Origin: Candidatus Poribacteria bacterium
GTDB taxonomy: Bacteria; Poribacteria; WGA-4E; WGA-3G
Reading direction: 5' to 3'
Length of the DNA stretch: 64,000 nucleotides
NCBI GenBank assembly: GCA_965215265.1
Contig: OZ244048.1
Location: forward strand, 4,224,001-4,288,000
In this document: piece after piece, positions 1 through 11,400 of the stretch
How the letters are laid out: every line of letters begins with the position of its first letter
Position numbering within the stretch: position 1 is the stretch's first letter
The notes under the pieces: model-generated
The model's input: the letters and a program-made list of their open reading frames with translations, nothing else
Told to the model about the DNA's origin: nothing
Databases searched by the model: none
Position numbers and translations under genes: made by a program

Positions 1-93
1 AAGATCGGATTATTCAGGCAATTCGCAATTTACCTAAGGTATTGTATACTGCATCACAACACCTCCGGATGTAATATCCACCCTTGTACAAAT

Positions 94-686
94 ACAGGAG
101 CAGCGTTGTAAAATCCTAACCTTTGATGGTATGGAGATAGACAAAAATTAGATTTTTAAAGACATTACCTAGTTAACCTCCGACGAGATTTACACACGAG
201 TTATCATTACATACGCGGTGATAGTACGGAGATATACAAAAAACGAGATTGACACAGGAGCAGCGTTGTAAAATCCTAACCTTTGATGGTATGGAGATAG
301 ACAAAAATTAGATTTTTAAAGACATTACCTAGTTAACCTCCGACGAGATTTACACACGAGTTATCATTACATACGCGGTGATAGTACGGAGATATACAAA
401 AAACGAGATTGACACAGGAGCAGCGTTGTAAAATCATAATCTTTGATGGTACGGAGATAGACAAAAATTAGATTTTTAAAGACATTACCTAGTTAACCTC
501 CGACGAGATTTACACACGAGTTATCATTACATACGCGGTGATAGTACGGAGATATACGAAAAAACGAGATTTACACACGAGTTATCATTACATACGCGGT
601 GATAGTACGGAGATATACAAAAATACGAGATTTACACAGTCATTTACACAACATCAGCCGTTGGAGGGCTGAAATATACTAAAAAT
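94..686 (+). repeat. Foldback-repeat locus 1: three tandem 160-bp units followed by extra ~60-bp arms
   Basis: ACAGGAGCAGCGTTGTAAAATC recurs at 94, 254 and 414 (period 160). Each unit holds arms of the type CGAGATTTACACACGAG...GTACGGAGATATACAAAAA. Confidence 0.95.
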
Positions 687-700
687 TTGGAGGAATAACA

Positions 701-1510
701 GTGCAGATAAAATCGGCATTAGTCTCAGAAAGACTTGAACGTGTGGAACATGATCTGCGCGAAGTCGGATTCCACATTATTAAGAATGTCATTACTGTTG
801 AAGAAGCGGACGCGGCGCGCGAAGCAATCTGGAAACTAGTCGACCAGGATATCGCTAACGGACATGACCACAGCTACGGGAACGGGAAAATCCGGCGCGT
901 CTGGGGAATTGTTGGCAAATCTGCCATCTTCCGAAAACTCATTCAGCACCCAACCGTCATAGCCGTATGGAAAAGAATGTTGGGCGAAGATGTTATTGCA
1001 TCCACTTTTACCGCCAACATTGTCGGACCCGACGCACCAGAAGGGGGCTGGCATATCGACTATCCCTATTGGGCGATGCAGCCACCGTTTCCATCGGGCA
1101 CCTTGACTGGACAGACGGTATGGATGTTGGATGACTTCACGGAAGAAAACGGCGCAACGGCGTGCATTGCAGGCTCACACAAAACACTCCGCCGCCCAGA
1201 ACTAGGCGAAGCAGAGGGGCTCGAAAAGACAGTAGCTGCCGCACCAAAAGGCTCAATCCTGTTTACCAACGGAGCAATATGGCATCAATCATGCCCGAAT
1301 CTTACTGATACACCACGTGTTGGATTGCTCGGTATGTATAACCGTTCTGTTATCTATCCACAAGAGGATATGCCTCGACAACTGAGCGATGCTGAACTAA
1401 CTGCTGAAACTGAGATACTAAAACAGTTGTTAGGTAGAAATATCCCTTTCCGGGATCCAGACCACGGCCACAATTGGCATCGAACGGAAAGTGGATTCCG
1501 GGCTGAGTGA
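701..1510 (+). CDS. Phytanoyl-CoA dioxygenase (PhyH) family 2OG-Fe(II) oxygenase
   Basis: WHID (HxD) motif, LDDFTEENGAT..IAGSH and distal WH. GGAGG RBS before the GTG start. Confidence 0.9.
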   Translation: MQIKSALVSERLERVEHDLREVGFHIIKNVITVEEADAAREAIWKLVDQDIANGHDHSYGNGKIRRVWGIVGKSAIFRKLIQHPTVIAVWKRMLGEDVIASTFTANIVGPDAPEGGWHIDYPYWAMQPPFPSGTLTGQTVWMLDDFTEENGATACIAGSHKTLRRPELGEAEGLEKTVAAAPKGSILFTNGAIWHQSCPNLTDTPRVGLLGMYNRSVIYPQEDMPRQLSDAELTAETEILKQLLGRNIPFRDPDHGHNWHRTESGFRAE

Positions 1511-1595
1511 AAGCAACATGCCTAAAAACAGAAGGTGCCGGTTATTCTAATGTATTGCGATTTCCTATTGTCATGTGATATACTCTATAATTAGA

Positions 1596-1763
1596 TTCGT
1601 ATATTTAAGCGCGTTACCTACTGATGTTTTGATAAACCTCGCACAAATCTCGCCAGAGCCTTTGATGTGTTGACTTCAAAAGACTATACCTAAGTCATCT
1701 CCGACGAGATTTACACACGTATCAGCAAAACGTAAGCGTTGATAGTATGGAGATATAGAAAAA
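1596..1763. repeat. Foldback-repeat locus 2: single complete ~170-bp element (left arm, core, right arm)
   Basis: TTCGTATAT...ACAAATCTCGCCAGAG, then the core, then CTCCGACGAGATTTACAC...GGAGATATAGAAAAA. Ends just before the ATG at 1765. Confidence 0.9.
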
Positions 1764-1764
1764 T

Positions 1765-2814
1765 ATGCCTACAGTCTCTCACACTGTTCTCAGAAAATTC
1801 ACGTATGACATATACTGCGCCGCTGGCGGAACCGAGGAAGATGCAAAAATAGTCAGCAACCACGTCGTCGATTCCAATCTGGCCGGACACGATTCGCACG
1901 GGGTGATTAACGCACCAAACTACATCGGAGGGATGAAAGGCGGACCCGCTGCTGATAAGTTAGAAGTGGTACGGGATAGTCCCGCAGCTACCGTCATTAA
2001 CGCAAACGGGGCATTGGGAATGGTTGCAGCACGCAAAGCGATGGAGCTCGCTGTTGAGAAAGCAGGAACCTGTACCATCGGTGCTGTTGGTTTACATCGG
2101 TGCGGACATGCCGGACGGATGGGTGAATACCCACCGATTGCTGCGAAGGCCGGAATGATTGGCATTGTGCTATTAAATGGGGGCGGAAGGTTTATGCATC
2201 CACATGGCGGCACTTCACGCCGATTACCACCGAACCCAATCGCGATATCTGTGCCTCGTAAAAATGGATCACCGCTCCTGCTTGATATGACGTTGAGCGT
2301 TGTCGCAGGCGGGAAGTTACTTGTCCAAACCGCACGTGGTGAAGACATACCTGACGGGTGGATGATTGATGCAGACGGCAATCCCATAACAGATCCAGTC
2401 GCATTTCGAGAACGCCCGGATGACACAGCTGTGATGCCACTCGGAGGTTTTCAGTTTGGACACAAAGGATTCGGCTTGGCTGTCATGATTGATGCAATCG
2501 CCGGCGGACTCTCCTGGGCCGGATGCAGTCGCGAACAACCGACCCGCGGGGCAAGCGGCATCATGATGTTTGCAATTAATATTGACAATTTTATCCAACT
2601 AGCCTATTATGAAGAAGAGATTGAGTACCTTGTCGAGTGGATTAAATCCTCTACCAAACTTCCCAACGTTGACGAAATCTACGTCCCTGGGGAGTTCGAG
2701 GAACGGAGCCGTGAACGGAGACTCAAAGAAGGTATTCCAATTGAGGCGACAACGTGGCGGCGGCTTGTTGAAGCTGCAGAACATCACGGTGTCAAACCAC
2801 CGGTAGTCCTATAA
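1765..2814 (+). CDS. Ldh_2 family malate/L-lactate-type oxidoreductase
   Basis: NLAGHDSHG, H.GR.GEY, NPIA, GHKGFGL and VPGE motifs. Confidence 0.9.
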   Translation: MPTVSHTVLRKFTYDIYCAAGGTEEDAKIVSNHVVDSNLAGHDSHGVINAPNYIGGMKGGPAADKLEVVRDSPAATVINANGALGMVAARKAMELAVEKAGTCTIGAVGLHRCGHAGRMGEYPPIAAKAGMIGIVLLNGGGRFMHPHGGTSRRLPPNPIAISVPRKNGSPLLLDMTLSVVAGGKLLVQTARGEDIPDGWMIDADGNPITDPVAFRERPDDTAVMPLGGFQFGHKGFGLAVMIDAIAGGLSWAGCSREQPTRGASGIMMFAINIDNFIQLAYYEEEIEYLVEWIKSSTKLPNVDEIYVPGEFEERSRERRLKEGIPIEATTWRRLVEAAEHHGVKPPVVL

Positions 2815-2913
2815 AGATCGCATTCAAGTCATGAGACTGACTGAATTTCATTCTGTTTATCTGTTGTATCCGTCCAAACTAAATTGGTGATAACACTATA
2901 GGAGAAAATAACA

Positions 2914-3507
2914 ATGAGACTCTTAATCCTTCTATTCATTCTACTCATCGGAGTTGTCGGATGTGCTGTCCTCAATCAACCAATCATTGAGATTTTACCG
3001 GCGCGCCTTTCCTGCGAAACCAATCCGGGATTGGTGGATGGTAATTTGGAAACAGTTAGCACGTTTGCAGTCAACGGTTTCATCCAAAAAGAGTATCAAA
3101 TCTTTAATCGCCATCTCGCCTATGCCGAGAGACAGTATCTCACGAAAGTTGAAGGAAATAAACGGACCGAGGCTATTATCAAATTGGACGTACCCACTTA
3201 TGTCTCCTACGTTGAAGTCTATCCAGCATCGCGCATATCCAATTTCGCATTAATGACCACAACTGAGGAACCGCCTCGGTTTGATGTCTCTTTTGAAGCG
3301 GTGCACGACAAGCAACATCAGGACATAGAAGGCGTGAAACCTGTTAAATTCCAGATCGGGAGAGAAGTGCTTTACCTCCGCCTGAGTGCAGATGGAATGG
3401 AAGATAGGCAAAATTCTGTCAAGGGCGTAAATTCCCGCGTTAAAATTCCTCTGAAAGGTGCCTCAATTCGCGAGGTAAAATTCTATAGCATGGAAATAAA
3501 TAAATAA
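2914..3507 (+). CDS. Hypothetical lipoprotein
   Basis: Hydrophobic N-terminus ending in lipobox VVGC; GGAG RBS. Confidence 0.7.
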   Translation: MRLLILLFILLIGVVGCAVLNQPIIEILPARLSCETNPGLVDGNLETVSTFAVNGFIQKEYQIFNRHLAYAERQYLTKVEGNKRTEAIIKLDVPTYVSYVEVYPASRISNFALMTTTEEPPRFDVSFEAVHDKQHQDIEGVKPVKFQIGREVLYLRLSADGMEDRQNSVKGVNSRVKIPLKGASIREVKFYSMEINK

Positions 3508-3972
3508 ATAATGAACGTTCGTCTACTCAACTTTTTATCCATGCGATTCGTTGCTATTACAGGCCACGCTCTACTTTAAGATACTACAATAACGGAAACC
3601 CCGGCCTCATGACTTGCTTGCGTAAATTGCTTGATAAGGTAAACCTATCCGCTACTGTTGTCCTAATTCCTTACGTTACTATCCTTAGCTGCATGTACCC
3701 CAGGAACGGGATGGCTTTTCTCTCATCACCCTATGACGTTGCAACACCCATTACAGCCCCCAAAAAGTAGGGATGAATGCAAGCCTACAAAAGATTGAAT
3801 TTTATTTTGAAATTTGGTATAATTAAATCTGAAGATAATACGGTACGAAAATTATCTGTTTTCTGTTTTCTGGTTTCTGGTACAAACAGAAAAGCAAAAA
3901 AAATTGAGTTATACCATAGACAAACCCTATTAAGTTGCGCTCTAAAACTAAATCGGAGGTTCAGAACCGCGA

Positions 3973-4992
3973 TTGCAAAAACAAGACTCGAAGAGTGTTC
4001 CTGTACAGAGCAACACCGAAGTGCAAGCCCTTTTTGGACAAAGCGACACCTTCTTAAGGCGGATCGAAGACGATTTTGATGTACGCGTTGTTTTGAAAAG
4101 TGACAGTATCGCTGTCATTGGCGAAGACAGTAATGAAATCGAACGCGTTGTAACCGTATTGGAATCGCTACTTTACCGCATCCGAAAAGGGGAACAGATT
4201 CATGCAAATGATATTAGTTACATAATCCGAGCATCCGGAGTAGATGAAAAGGAGACTTTGATAGAAAGCACGGCAGAATCTATACCCGTGTTTTCAAAAC
4301 GAGGTGTCATTCGCCCTAAAACCGCAGGACAGAAACGGTACGTTGAAGCCATTAAGCACAACGACCTCGTTTTCGGGATTGGCCCTGCAGGTACTGGCAA
4401 GACATATCTTGCGATGGCGATGGCAGTCTCCGCACTTAAGACCGGACAGGTCAGCCGCATTATTCTCACGCGACCCGCCGTTGAAGCCGGAGAACGCCTC
4501 GGGTTCTTACCAGGAGATATTGCAGCGAAGGTGCATCCGTACCTACGGCCATTATATGACGCACTTTACGACATGATGCCCCCTGATGCCCTTGACAAGT
4601 ACATTGAACGGAACGTCATTGAAGTTGCCCCTATTGCTTTCATGCGCGGTAGGACACTCAATAATTCTTTCGTTGTCCTAGACGAAGCACAAAATGCAAC
4701 GGTTGAACAGATGAAGATGTTCTTGACGCGCCTCGGCTTTGATTCCAAAGCTGTTGTCACTGGAGACATCACGCAAACCGACCTGCCGACACACAAGATA
4801 TCCGGACTCGCTGACGCACAAGAAGTACTCGCAGGAATCAAAGGAATCGACTTTATCTACTTCTCAAAAATAGATGTTGTCCGGCATGAATTGGTGCAAC
4901 GTATCGTTGAAGCATACGAGCAAGCATCATTGCAGAATCTGAAACGGAGTCCAGATGCTTCATTGCAAAAATCGAAAGAGGCATCCATGTGA
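3973..4992 (+). CDS. phoH: PhoH family ATPase
   Basis: GPAGTGKT Walker A, RPAVEAGERLGFLPGD, MRGRT and LDEAQN. Confidence 0.95.
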   Translation: MQKQDSKSVPVQSNTEVQALFGQSDTFLRRIEDDFDVRVVLKSDSIAVIGEDSNEIERVVTVLESLLYRIRKGEQIHANDISYIIRASGVDEKETLIESTAESIPVFSKRGVIRPKTAGQKRYVEAIKHNDLVFGIGPAGTGKTYLAMAMAVSALKTGQVSRIILTRPAVEAGERLGFLPGDIAAKVHPYLRPLYDALYDMMPPDALDKYIERNVIEVAPIAFMRGRTLNNSFVVLDEAQNATVEQMKMFLTRLGFDSKAVVTGDITQTDLPTHKISGLADAQEVLAGIKGIDFIYFSKIDVVRHELVQRIVEAYEQASLQNLKRSPDASLQKSKEASM

Positions 4993-5534
4993 CGAAACCA
5001 AAAGACCGTTCTAACACATACGCCATTTTCATTACCTGTCATTGTCCAAATACCGAGTTTAGCACAGACATCGTGCACCAAGCAGTCCTAGCAACACTGG
5101 GCATCTCCGATAAGGAGTCTTATGCAAGAAAATCTCATCCCAGAGTCATTCGACTGATACCCGAAGCATGTGAAGTCAGCGTTTTGTTGACAGATGATGC
5201 AGAAATGATTGTACTGAATCGAGAATACCGTGGACTTGACGCGTCAACCGATGTCCTTGCTTTCCCAATGTATGAAATGTATGAAGGGGAAGAGAACTTG
5301 AATTGCCTGACAGCAGGCGATGTGCGATACCCTCTGCCCCTCGGGGATATCGTTATATCGTTAGAAACAGCACAGCGACAAGCAGACACAGCGAGGCACT
5401 CATTGGAAGCAGAAGTCGCGTTCTTGACAGTGCATGGGGTGCTGCATCTACTTGGCTATCAACACAAAACTCCCGAAGAAACCACTGTTATGTTTGAGAA
5501 ACAAGAAGCGATTTTACGAAACATCTGTCTATAG
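4989..5534 (+). CDS. ybeY: rRNA maturation endoribonuclease YbeY
   Basis: LNREYRG..STDVLAFP, LGDIVIS and HGVLHLLGYQH; classic phoH-ybeY-corC order. Confidence 0.9.
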   Translation: MTKPKDRSNTYAIFITCHCPNTEFSTDIVHQAVLATLGISDKESYARKSHPRVIRLIPEACEVSVLLTDDAEMIVLNREYRGLDASTDVLAFPMYEMYEGEENLNCLTAGDVRYPLPLGDIVISLETAQRQADTARHSLEAEVAFLTVHGVLHLLGYQHKTPEETTVMFEKQEAILRNICL

Positions 5535-5587
5535 GCGAACCTACTAGTCCCGACAAAAGCAAATCCTCAGGAGGTGTTATTTCTCGT

Positions 5588-6883
5588 TTGGATGAACTAA
5601 GTACAGTGATTAAACTGCTCAGTTTAGCGGTGCTTTTTGTTTTGACGGCACTCTTTTCAGCCGCGGAGGCCCTCCTCTCTCGACTGACTCGTGAAGATCT
5701 TCTGAACTTTGCCGAGGCAGAAGAAAAACGTTATGATCTGTTGGCATCGCTGCTGCGCCGTCCACGGCGTTATTCGCTTACAATTATTATTGGGAAAACC
5801 GTTTTAATGGTAAGCATCACCGTCTTTTTCATAACCGCTTTCGGTTCTGATACATGGCAGTCTCAGCTCGGACGAACCGCACTCGCAGTGGTACTACTTA
5901 TCATCTTTACAGAGTTGTTTCCCAAAAACTACGTGCAGAGTAGCTCAGGAAACGCCACTATCACTGCACTCCGTGTACTTCGAGTCATATATTGGGGCGG
6001 CTGTGTCGTTATCGTTCCTTTGAACTTTATCGCTAAAGTTGCTGTGAGAGTGTTCGGCGGCAAGGTTCAAGATGAACAAGATAGTCTCGTCTCACCGGAG
6101 GTGTTAGAAACGCTCGTTAGCGTCGGGGATAGCCAAGAAATTTTAGAAGCGGATGAACGGGAAATGATTTCACGGATTCTCGATCTGCCAGACAAAGTTG
6201 CTCGCGAAATCATGGTCGCGCGAACAGACATGGCATGCTTGGACATCTCAACACCTGAAGAAGATGTCTTGAAAACCACTATTGAGTGCCGGCACACGCG
6301 CATCCCTATCTATGAAGAAACAATTGATCGAATTATTGGTATCCTACATGTCAAGGATATGCTTGAGTACTGGGCAGTGGGAAACCCCATTAACTTGCGG
6401 CAACTCATCCACGATCGAACCCCCTTTTTTACGCCCGAAAGTAAGAAAATTTCTGAGCTTTTTCGAGAATTGCGGGCACACAAGCAACACCTCGCTATTG
6501 TTGTTGATGAATATGGCGGGACAGCTGGAATTGTAACGCTAGAGAACATCATAGAAGAGATTGTAGGCGAAATCCACGATGAAGACGAAGCTGACCAGCA
6601 GGATGCTTATATTCAACTCGATGATAACATATACTCCGTTGATGCCAGGCTGAACCTAGTTGAATTGAACGAAAAACTCGGCACAGAATTAGAAGCAGAG
6701 AATATTGATACAATTGGTGGATTTATTGTAGACTACCTTGGCAGAGTTCCTGAACAGAACACGCAATTCACTTACCGAGGAATTCGCTTCACGATAATTG
6801 AAGCAGATGAACGACGTATTCATCGTATTCAGATTCAGATGACACTCCAGGATCCAGCGGATTTAACAGCAGATTTGTCTTAA
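5588..6883 (+). CDS. Hemolysin/CorC-family CBS-domain membrane protein
   Basis: N-terminal TM region, HTRIPIY, VVDEYGGTAGIVTLENIIEEIVGEI.DE and a CorC C-terminal domain. Confidence 0.9.
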   Translation: MDELSTVIKLLSLAVLFVLTALFSAAEALLSRLTREDLLNFAEAEEKRYDLLASLLRRPRRYSLTIIIGKTVLMVSITVFFITAFGSDTWQSQLGRTALAVVLLIIFTELFPKNYVQSSSGNATITALRVLRVIYWGGCVVIVPLNFIAKVAVRVFGGKVQDEQDSLVSPEVLETLVSVGDSQEILEADEREMISRILDLPDKVAREIMVARTDMACLDISTPEEDVLKTTIECRHTRIPIYEETIDRIIGILHVKDMLEYWAVGNPINLRQLIHDRTPFFTPESKKISELFRELRAHKQHLAIVVDEYGGTAGIVTLENIIEEIVGEIHDEDEADQQDAYIQLDDNIYSVDARLNLVELNEKLGTELEAENIDTIGGFIVDYLGRVPEQNTQFTYRGIRFTIIEADERRIHRIQIQMTLQDPADLTADLS

Positions 6884-6928
6884 ACTGTTAGGGCGAAGCA
6901 CCTCGTTTTCATAAAAATTGAAATTAAT

Positions 6929-6957
6929 TTGACAAAGGTTGTAAAATAGCGTATAAT
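6929..6957 (+). promoter_or_regulatory. Sigma70 promoter for tRNA-Pro
   Basis: TTGACA, 17 bp, TATAAT: perfect consensus, 12 bp before the tRNA. Confidence 0.85.
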
Positions 6958-6969
6958 TAAGGAAAAGGA

Positions 6970-7044
<75 letters not shown>

Positions 7045-7197
7045 TTTTCGGACGGATAAGTAAGTTTCTCAGGGTTCTGTCAACATTTTTTTTGCACAGA
7101 TTTGACACCAGCACTGCCCTTCTGCTTTTGTATTGTGGGCTAATCCCTCGCCTACGAAGATGCAATTCACGTTACGAATGCACAAATTCGCAAAATT

Positions 7198-7968
7198 ATG
7201 CCTGCTCGAAAAACACAAGCGATTGTGATTCGCACTTTCCCTTTCCGCGAATTTCATAAGATCATCACCTTCTATACGCCTGATTTCGGTAAAGTGAAAG
7301 CCGTGGCATACGGCGTAAAAAGCGCGAAAAGCAAACTCGCCGGTAGTTTGGAACTCCTTAACCACGGCACCCTTCTTTTTAACTACCATGAAAATCGAGA
7401 ATTGCAGAACATAACCGATTTCAATTTAATTGATGGGTTTGATACCATCCGCTCCGATTTTACGCGTCTCACTTATGGATGCTATTTCGCCGAATTAGTA
7501 GATGCCATTGAATCCGAATCTGTTTCAAATCCGGCGGTGTTCCATTTACTGCAAAGTACCTATCAATTCTTAGTCCATGCAACCGATATCCGGCTCCTCG
7601 CGAGGACATTTGAAATTAAGTTTATAGACTTTGCAGGCTACGGACCGCAACTTTCCCGGTGTGCCTATTGTAATTCAGAGATTACAGCAGAAATACTAAA
7701 ATTTAGTGTGAAGCACGGTGGACTGCTTTGCGCAGAGTGCGAGCACCGTGATGCAGCAAAGTTTTCAATGGCACTCGGAAGTTGCAATTTACTCAAAAAA
7801 CTCCGGATCCTCCAGATTAACTCGCAAACTTCATCTGAGCTTAATCGGCTTCGCGCCTCCACACGTAATCATCGTGAACTGAAACAGACACTAGGAAACT
7901 TCATCGAGTACCATACCGAACGCAATCTAAAAAGCCTCAGATTTATTGAGAAAGTATTAGATGTCTAA
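7198..7968 (+). CDS. recO: DNA repair protein RecO
   Basis: N-terminal OB fold (AIVIR..., GKVKAVAYG), CxxC...CxxC zinc site and EYHTERNLKS C-terminus. Confidence 0.9.
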   Translation: MPARKTQAIVIRTFPFREFHKIITFYTPDFGKVKAVAYGVKSAKSKLAGSLELLNHGTLLFNYHENRELQNITDFNLIDGFDTIRSDFTRLTYGCYFAELVDAIESESVSNPAVFHLLQSTYQFLVHATDIRLLARTFEIKFIDFAGYGPQLSRCAYCNSEITAEILKFSVKHGGLLCAECEHRDAAKFSMALGSCNLLKKLRILQINSQTSSELNRLRASTRNHRELKQTLGNFIEYHTERNLKSLRFIEKVLDV

Positions 7969-7992
7969 TGCAGAAATATACAGTTTAGTATC

Positions 7993-8411
7993 TTTTCGTC
8001 TACAGGAGCCCTACAAAGGCTGCTGCAATATTAAAACCTTTACAAATCTCGCTCTTTTGTCTACAGGAGCCCTACAAAGGCTGCTGCAATGTTAACCCCT
8101 TTACAAATCTTGTCAGCGCCTTTCGATGTTTTGATTTTTAAATAACGACATTACCTAAGTCATCTCCGACGAGATTTACACACGAGTTATTATTACATAC
8201 GCGGTGATAGTACGGAGATATACGAAAAGACGAGATTTACACACGAATTATTATTACATACGCGGTGATAGTACGGAGATATACGAAAAGACGAGATTTA
8301 CACACGAATTATTATTACATACGCGGTGATAGTACGGAGATATACGAAAAGACGAGATTTACACACGAGTACTCATTACATACGCGTTGATGGTACGGAA
8401 ATATACAAAAA
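7993..8411. repeat. Foldback-repeat locus 3: two left arms, core and four tandem 61-bp right arms
   Basis: CGAGATTTACAC starts at 8170, 8231, 8292 and 8353. Left arms CTACAGGAGCCCTACAAAGGCTGCTGCAAT occur twice. Confidence 0.95.
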
Positions 8412-8412
8412 T

Positions 8413-11400
8413 ATGCAAACAGATGGCGTTTTGGTTTCACAAAAGGGATGTCCAAAGCAACACTTGCAAGCACGGCTTGTGTCTCGCAGCGCGCTAGATT
8501 TCTTATGTATCCTAAGCATCGTTATATGTGTATTGATAGTAGGTACGACCCGAACCTCTGCCTCCGTAACAGGTAAGATTTCAGGTATTGTCACCACTGT
8601 AAGCGGAACGTCTACTTCCGGCGCTATTGAAAAAGCAGAAGTGCCTCTGAGAAATGTAACCATAACGCTCCTCGGGACAAGTAGTACCGCTCAGACAAAC
8701 CAAAATGGATATTATGTTCTCACCAATATCCCACCGGGCAAGTACGATGTAAAAGCTGAACGTGTCGGTTACCGTTCAGCAACCCTTTCAAATGCGAGGG
8801 TGCTCGCCGGACTGACTACGACCTTGGACTTCACGCTTGAGGCAGCTGCTGTTGAACTTGAAGGCATCACCGTGACAGCAGCTAAACCACTTATTAAGCA
8901 GGATGTGACACAAACGACTCGCATCATTGAATCAGAGGATATCGCTGCGATGCCCCGCGATACCGTGAATGGAATTATCGCAACGCAGGCAGGTATTTCG
9001 GTTCTCAACTCCAGCGGCACCTTACACATCCGCGGCGGGCGCACCATGGAAGTCAAATATCTGCTTGACGGCATCCCCATCAATGACCCAATTGGTAGAA
9101 GCATCGGCACACATATCACCACAAATTCGCTGGAGCAGATGGAAATCATCACAGGTGGATTCAACGCAGAGCACGGCGATGCCCAATCTGGGATTATTAA
9201 CCTGATCACAAAGACAGGCGGACAACGGTTTTCAGGCAGAATTCGATACCGAACCGGACAGTGGGCATCACATCACGGAGACCCGATATACGCACCTTGG
9301 AGAAACCCAGACGAAGGTTTCCGACCAGAGGCACTCGCACCGTTCCGAGGTATCTTCATCGGAAAACCGTACGATTACCAAAAGCCATATCGAGGTGAAG
9401 ATGTCACCGTCGGAGAATTGGCAAGGCAGGAAGGCTCTTCCCGCGTTATCTTCACAGAAATTATCCCCGGCATCTACGCAGACAGAACTCAAAACCCACT
9501 GCTTCCAATCATTGATCAGAAAACCGGGAAACCCAAAGTCGATTCGAATACCGGAGAAACCGTTATGGCACGGCAACCTTACAAAGACACCGACGGCACA
9601 CTAATTGACTATGAAAAGAAGCAGGTCACGTTGTTAGATGGATATCAGGTAGATCTCAATCAGTATCGTGGATTGTTTAACGAAACGAAAGATTACGATT
9701 TGAGCCCAAGCCACATCGGCGAATTTGCATTCAGCGGACCGATATGGCAGAATCGGCTGACATTCGCCTTTGCCAGTCAATTGCGACGAAATGAAAGTTA
9801 CTTACCCCGTGATAATGCTAGCGGGTATACACTTCAAGGGAAAATCAAGTTTGAATTAACACGCAACATCAAACTCACTGCCAGCGCACTTTTAGACACA
9901 CGAGAAAGTACATTCTATGGCGGCAGCCTCCGTTTTTTACCGAGCGCGATTCCAATCGGAAACAGGGAGGCACAGAGTCTCTCCTTTCAACTTTCACATA
10001 ATATCAACTCCGGCACGTTTTATAGATTAACATTTGGCAGGTTTGACCGACACTTCGAAAGCCATCAGCCGGACAAATGGTGGGACCCGCTGAATAAAAA
10101 TTTTGATGAAAACGCTTGGGACCCAAACAAATCCTTTGAGCAAAATCAAGCAGAAGGCAGAATTAGAAACCCTACCCAGCAGGCATACAACGATACCAAC
10201 TACTTTATTGCCGGGGATGACAACAGTTGGACGACCCGAAATTCTACCACCAACATCCTCAAAGCCGTTTTTGCAAGCCAACTCACTGAAAATCATCTCA
10301 TCCAGACAGGGACTGAATTTTCTGTCGATAACATCTATAATTTGGGCACGACTAATTGGGGACAATCCAATCTCTATATGGAGTTTTATGATGTCACCCC
10401 GCGCCTCTTCAGTGTTTACGCGCAAGACAAAATGGAGTACGCCGGAATGATTGTTAACGCTGGCGTGCGATATGACTTATATGAACCAGACGGTGCCTCG
10501 CCCGCAGATCCGCTGGACCCACTTGAACTAAATCCTGATGGAACAGTCAAATTGGATAAAACCGTCTATAAGGTCGGGCTTCCTATCATCAAAAATCCAG
10601 TTGCGGCATCAGTCAAACACATGCTCTCGCCGCGCCTCGGTATCTCATTTCCGATTACGGAAAGCGCAAAATTGCACTTTACCTACGGGCATTACTACCA
10701 GATTCCCCAAGGTGATGACCTTTACGAAAACCTCAATTTTGATATACGAGGCGCGATCCGGCGAAGAGGCAACCCAGATCTCAAACCAGAGAAAACCATC
10801 GCTTACGAAGTCGGAGTTGCACATCAAATTACACGCGACTTAACCGCCGAACTCACCGGATTTAACAAGAACATCAACAACCTTGTCGATAGCATACATG
10901 TTGATATTACTAACGATTACAGTTATTTCATCAATAACACTTACGGGCGAGTACAAGGGTTTGAACTCATGCTACGCAAATGGAGAACAGCGCACAACTC
11001 AATTTCAGGGATGCTGAGTTATACCTATTCGGTTGCGAAAGGCAAGGGCTCCAGCCGGAATCTCGGCTATCTCACATATTATCGGCAGCAGCCAGAGGTT
11101 ACCGAAAGCCATCCATTAGCATGGGATCAACGGCACGTGGTTTCCGCACTGTTGGACATTCAATTGCCTTACAATTTTGCAATTAACCTAATTGCCAAGT
11201 ATGGCAGCGGCTTACCCTATACGCCTAATCCGAGCGCCCCGATAAAACCTGATATCAACTCAAAGCGGTACCCACCAACTTACAATGTCGACGCACTTAT
11301 CAGCAAAAAAAGCAGAATTGGTGGATTAACGTATACCTTCTTTGCGGATATCCGCAACGTCTTCAACACCAAAAACCTATTTGACTTAATAGATCCTGTA

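Noticed and set aside
1-75. Possible 3-prime end of an upstream gene (DRIIQAIRNLPK...)
   Set aside because: Too short and cut by the window edge to assign.
1596-1763. Elements as integron attC sites
   Set aside because: No consistent RYYYAAC...GTTRRRY boundaries and no integron integrase; the elements also flank and enter housekeeping genes.
3508-3770. tmRNA on the minus strand (GGGGGCTG start)
   Set aside because: No TTCGAC motif after the 5-prime stem and no matching T-arm or acceptor 3-prime end.
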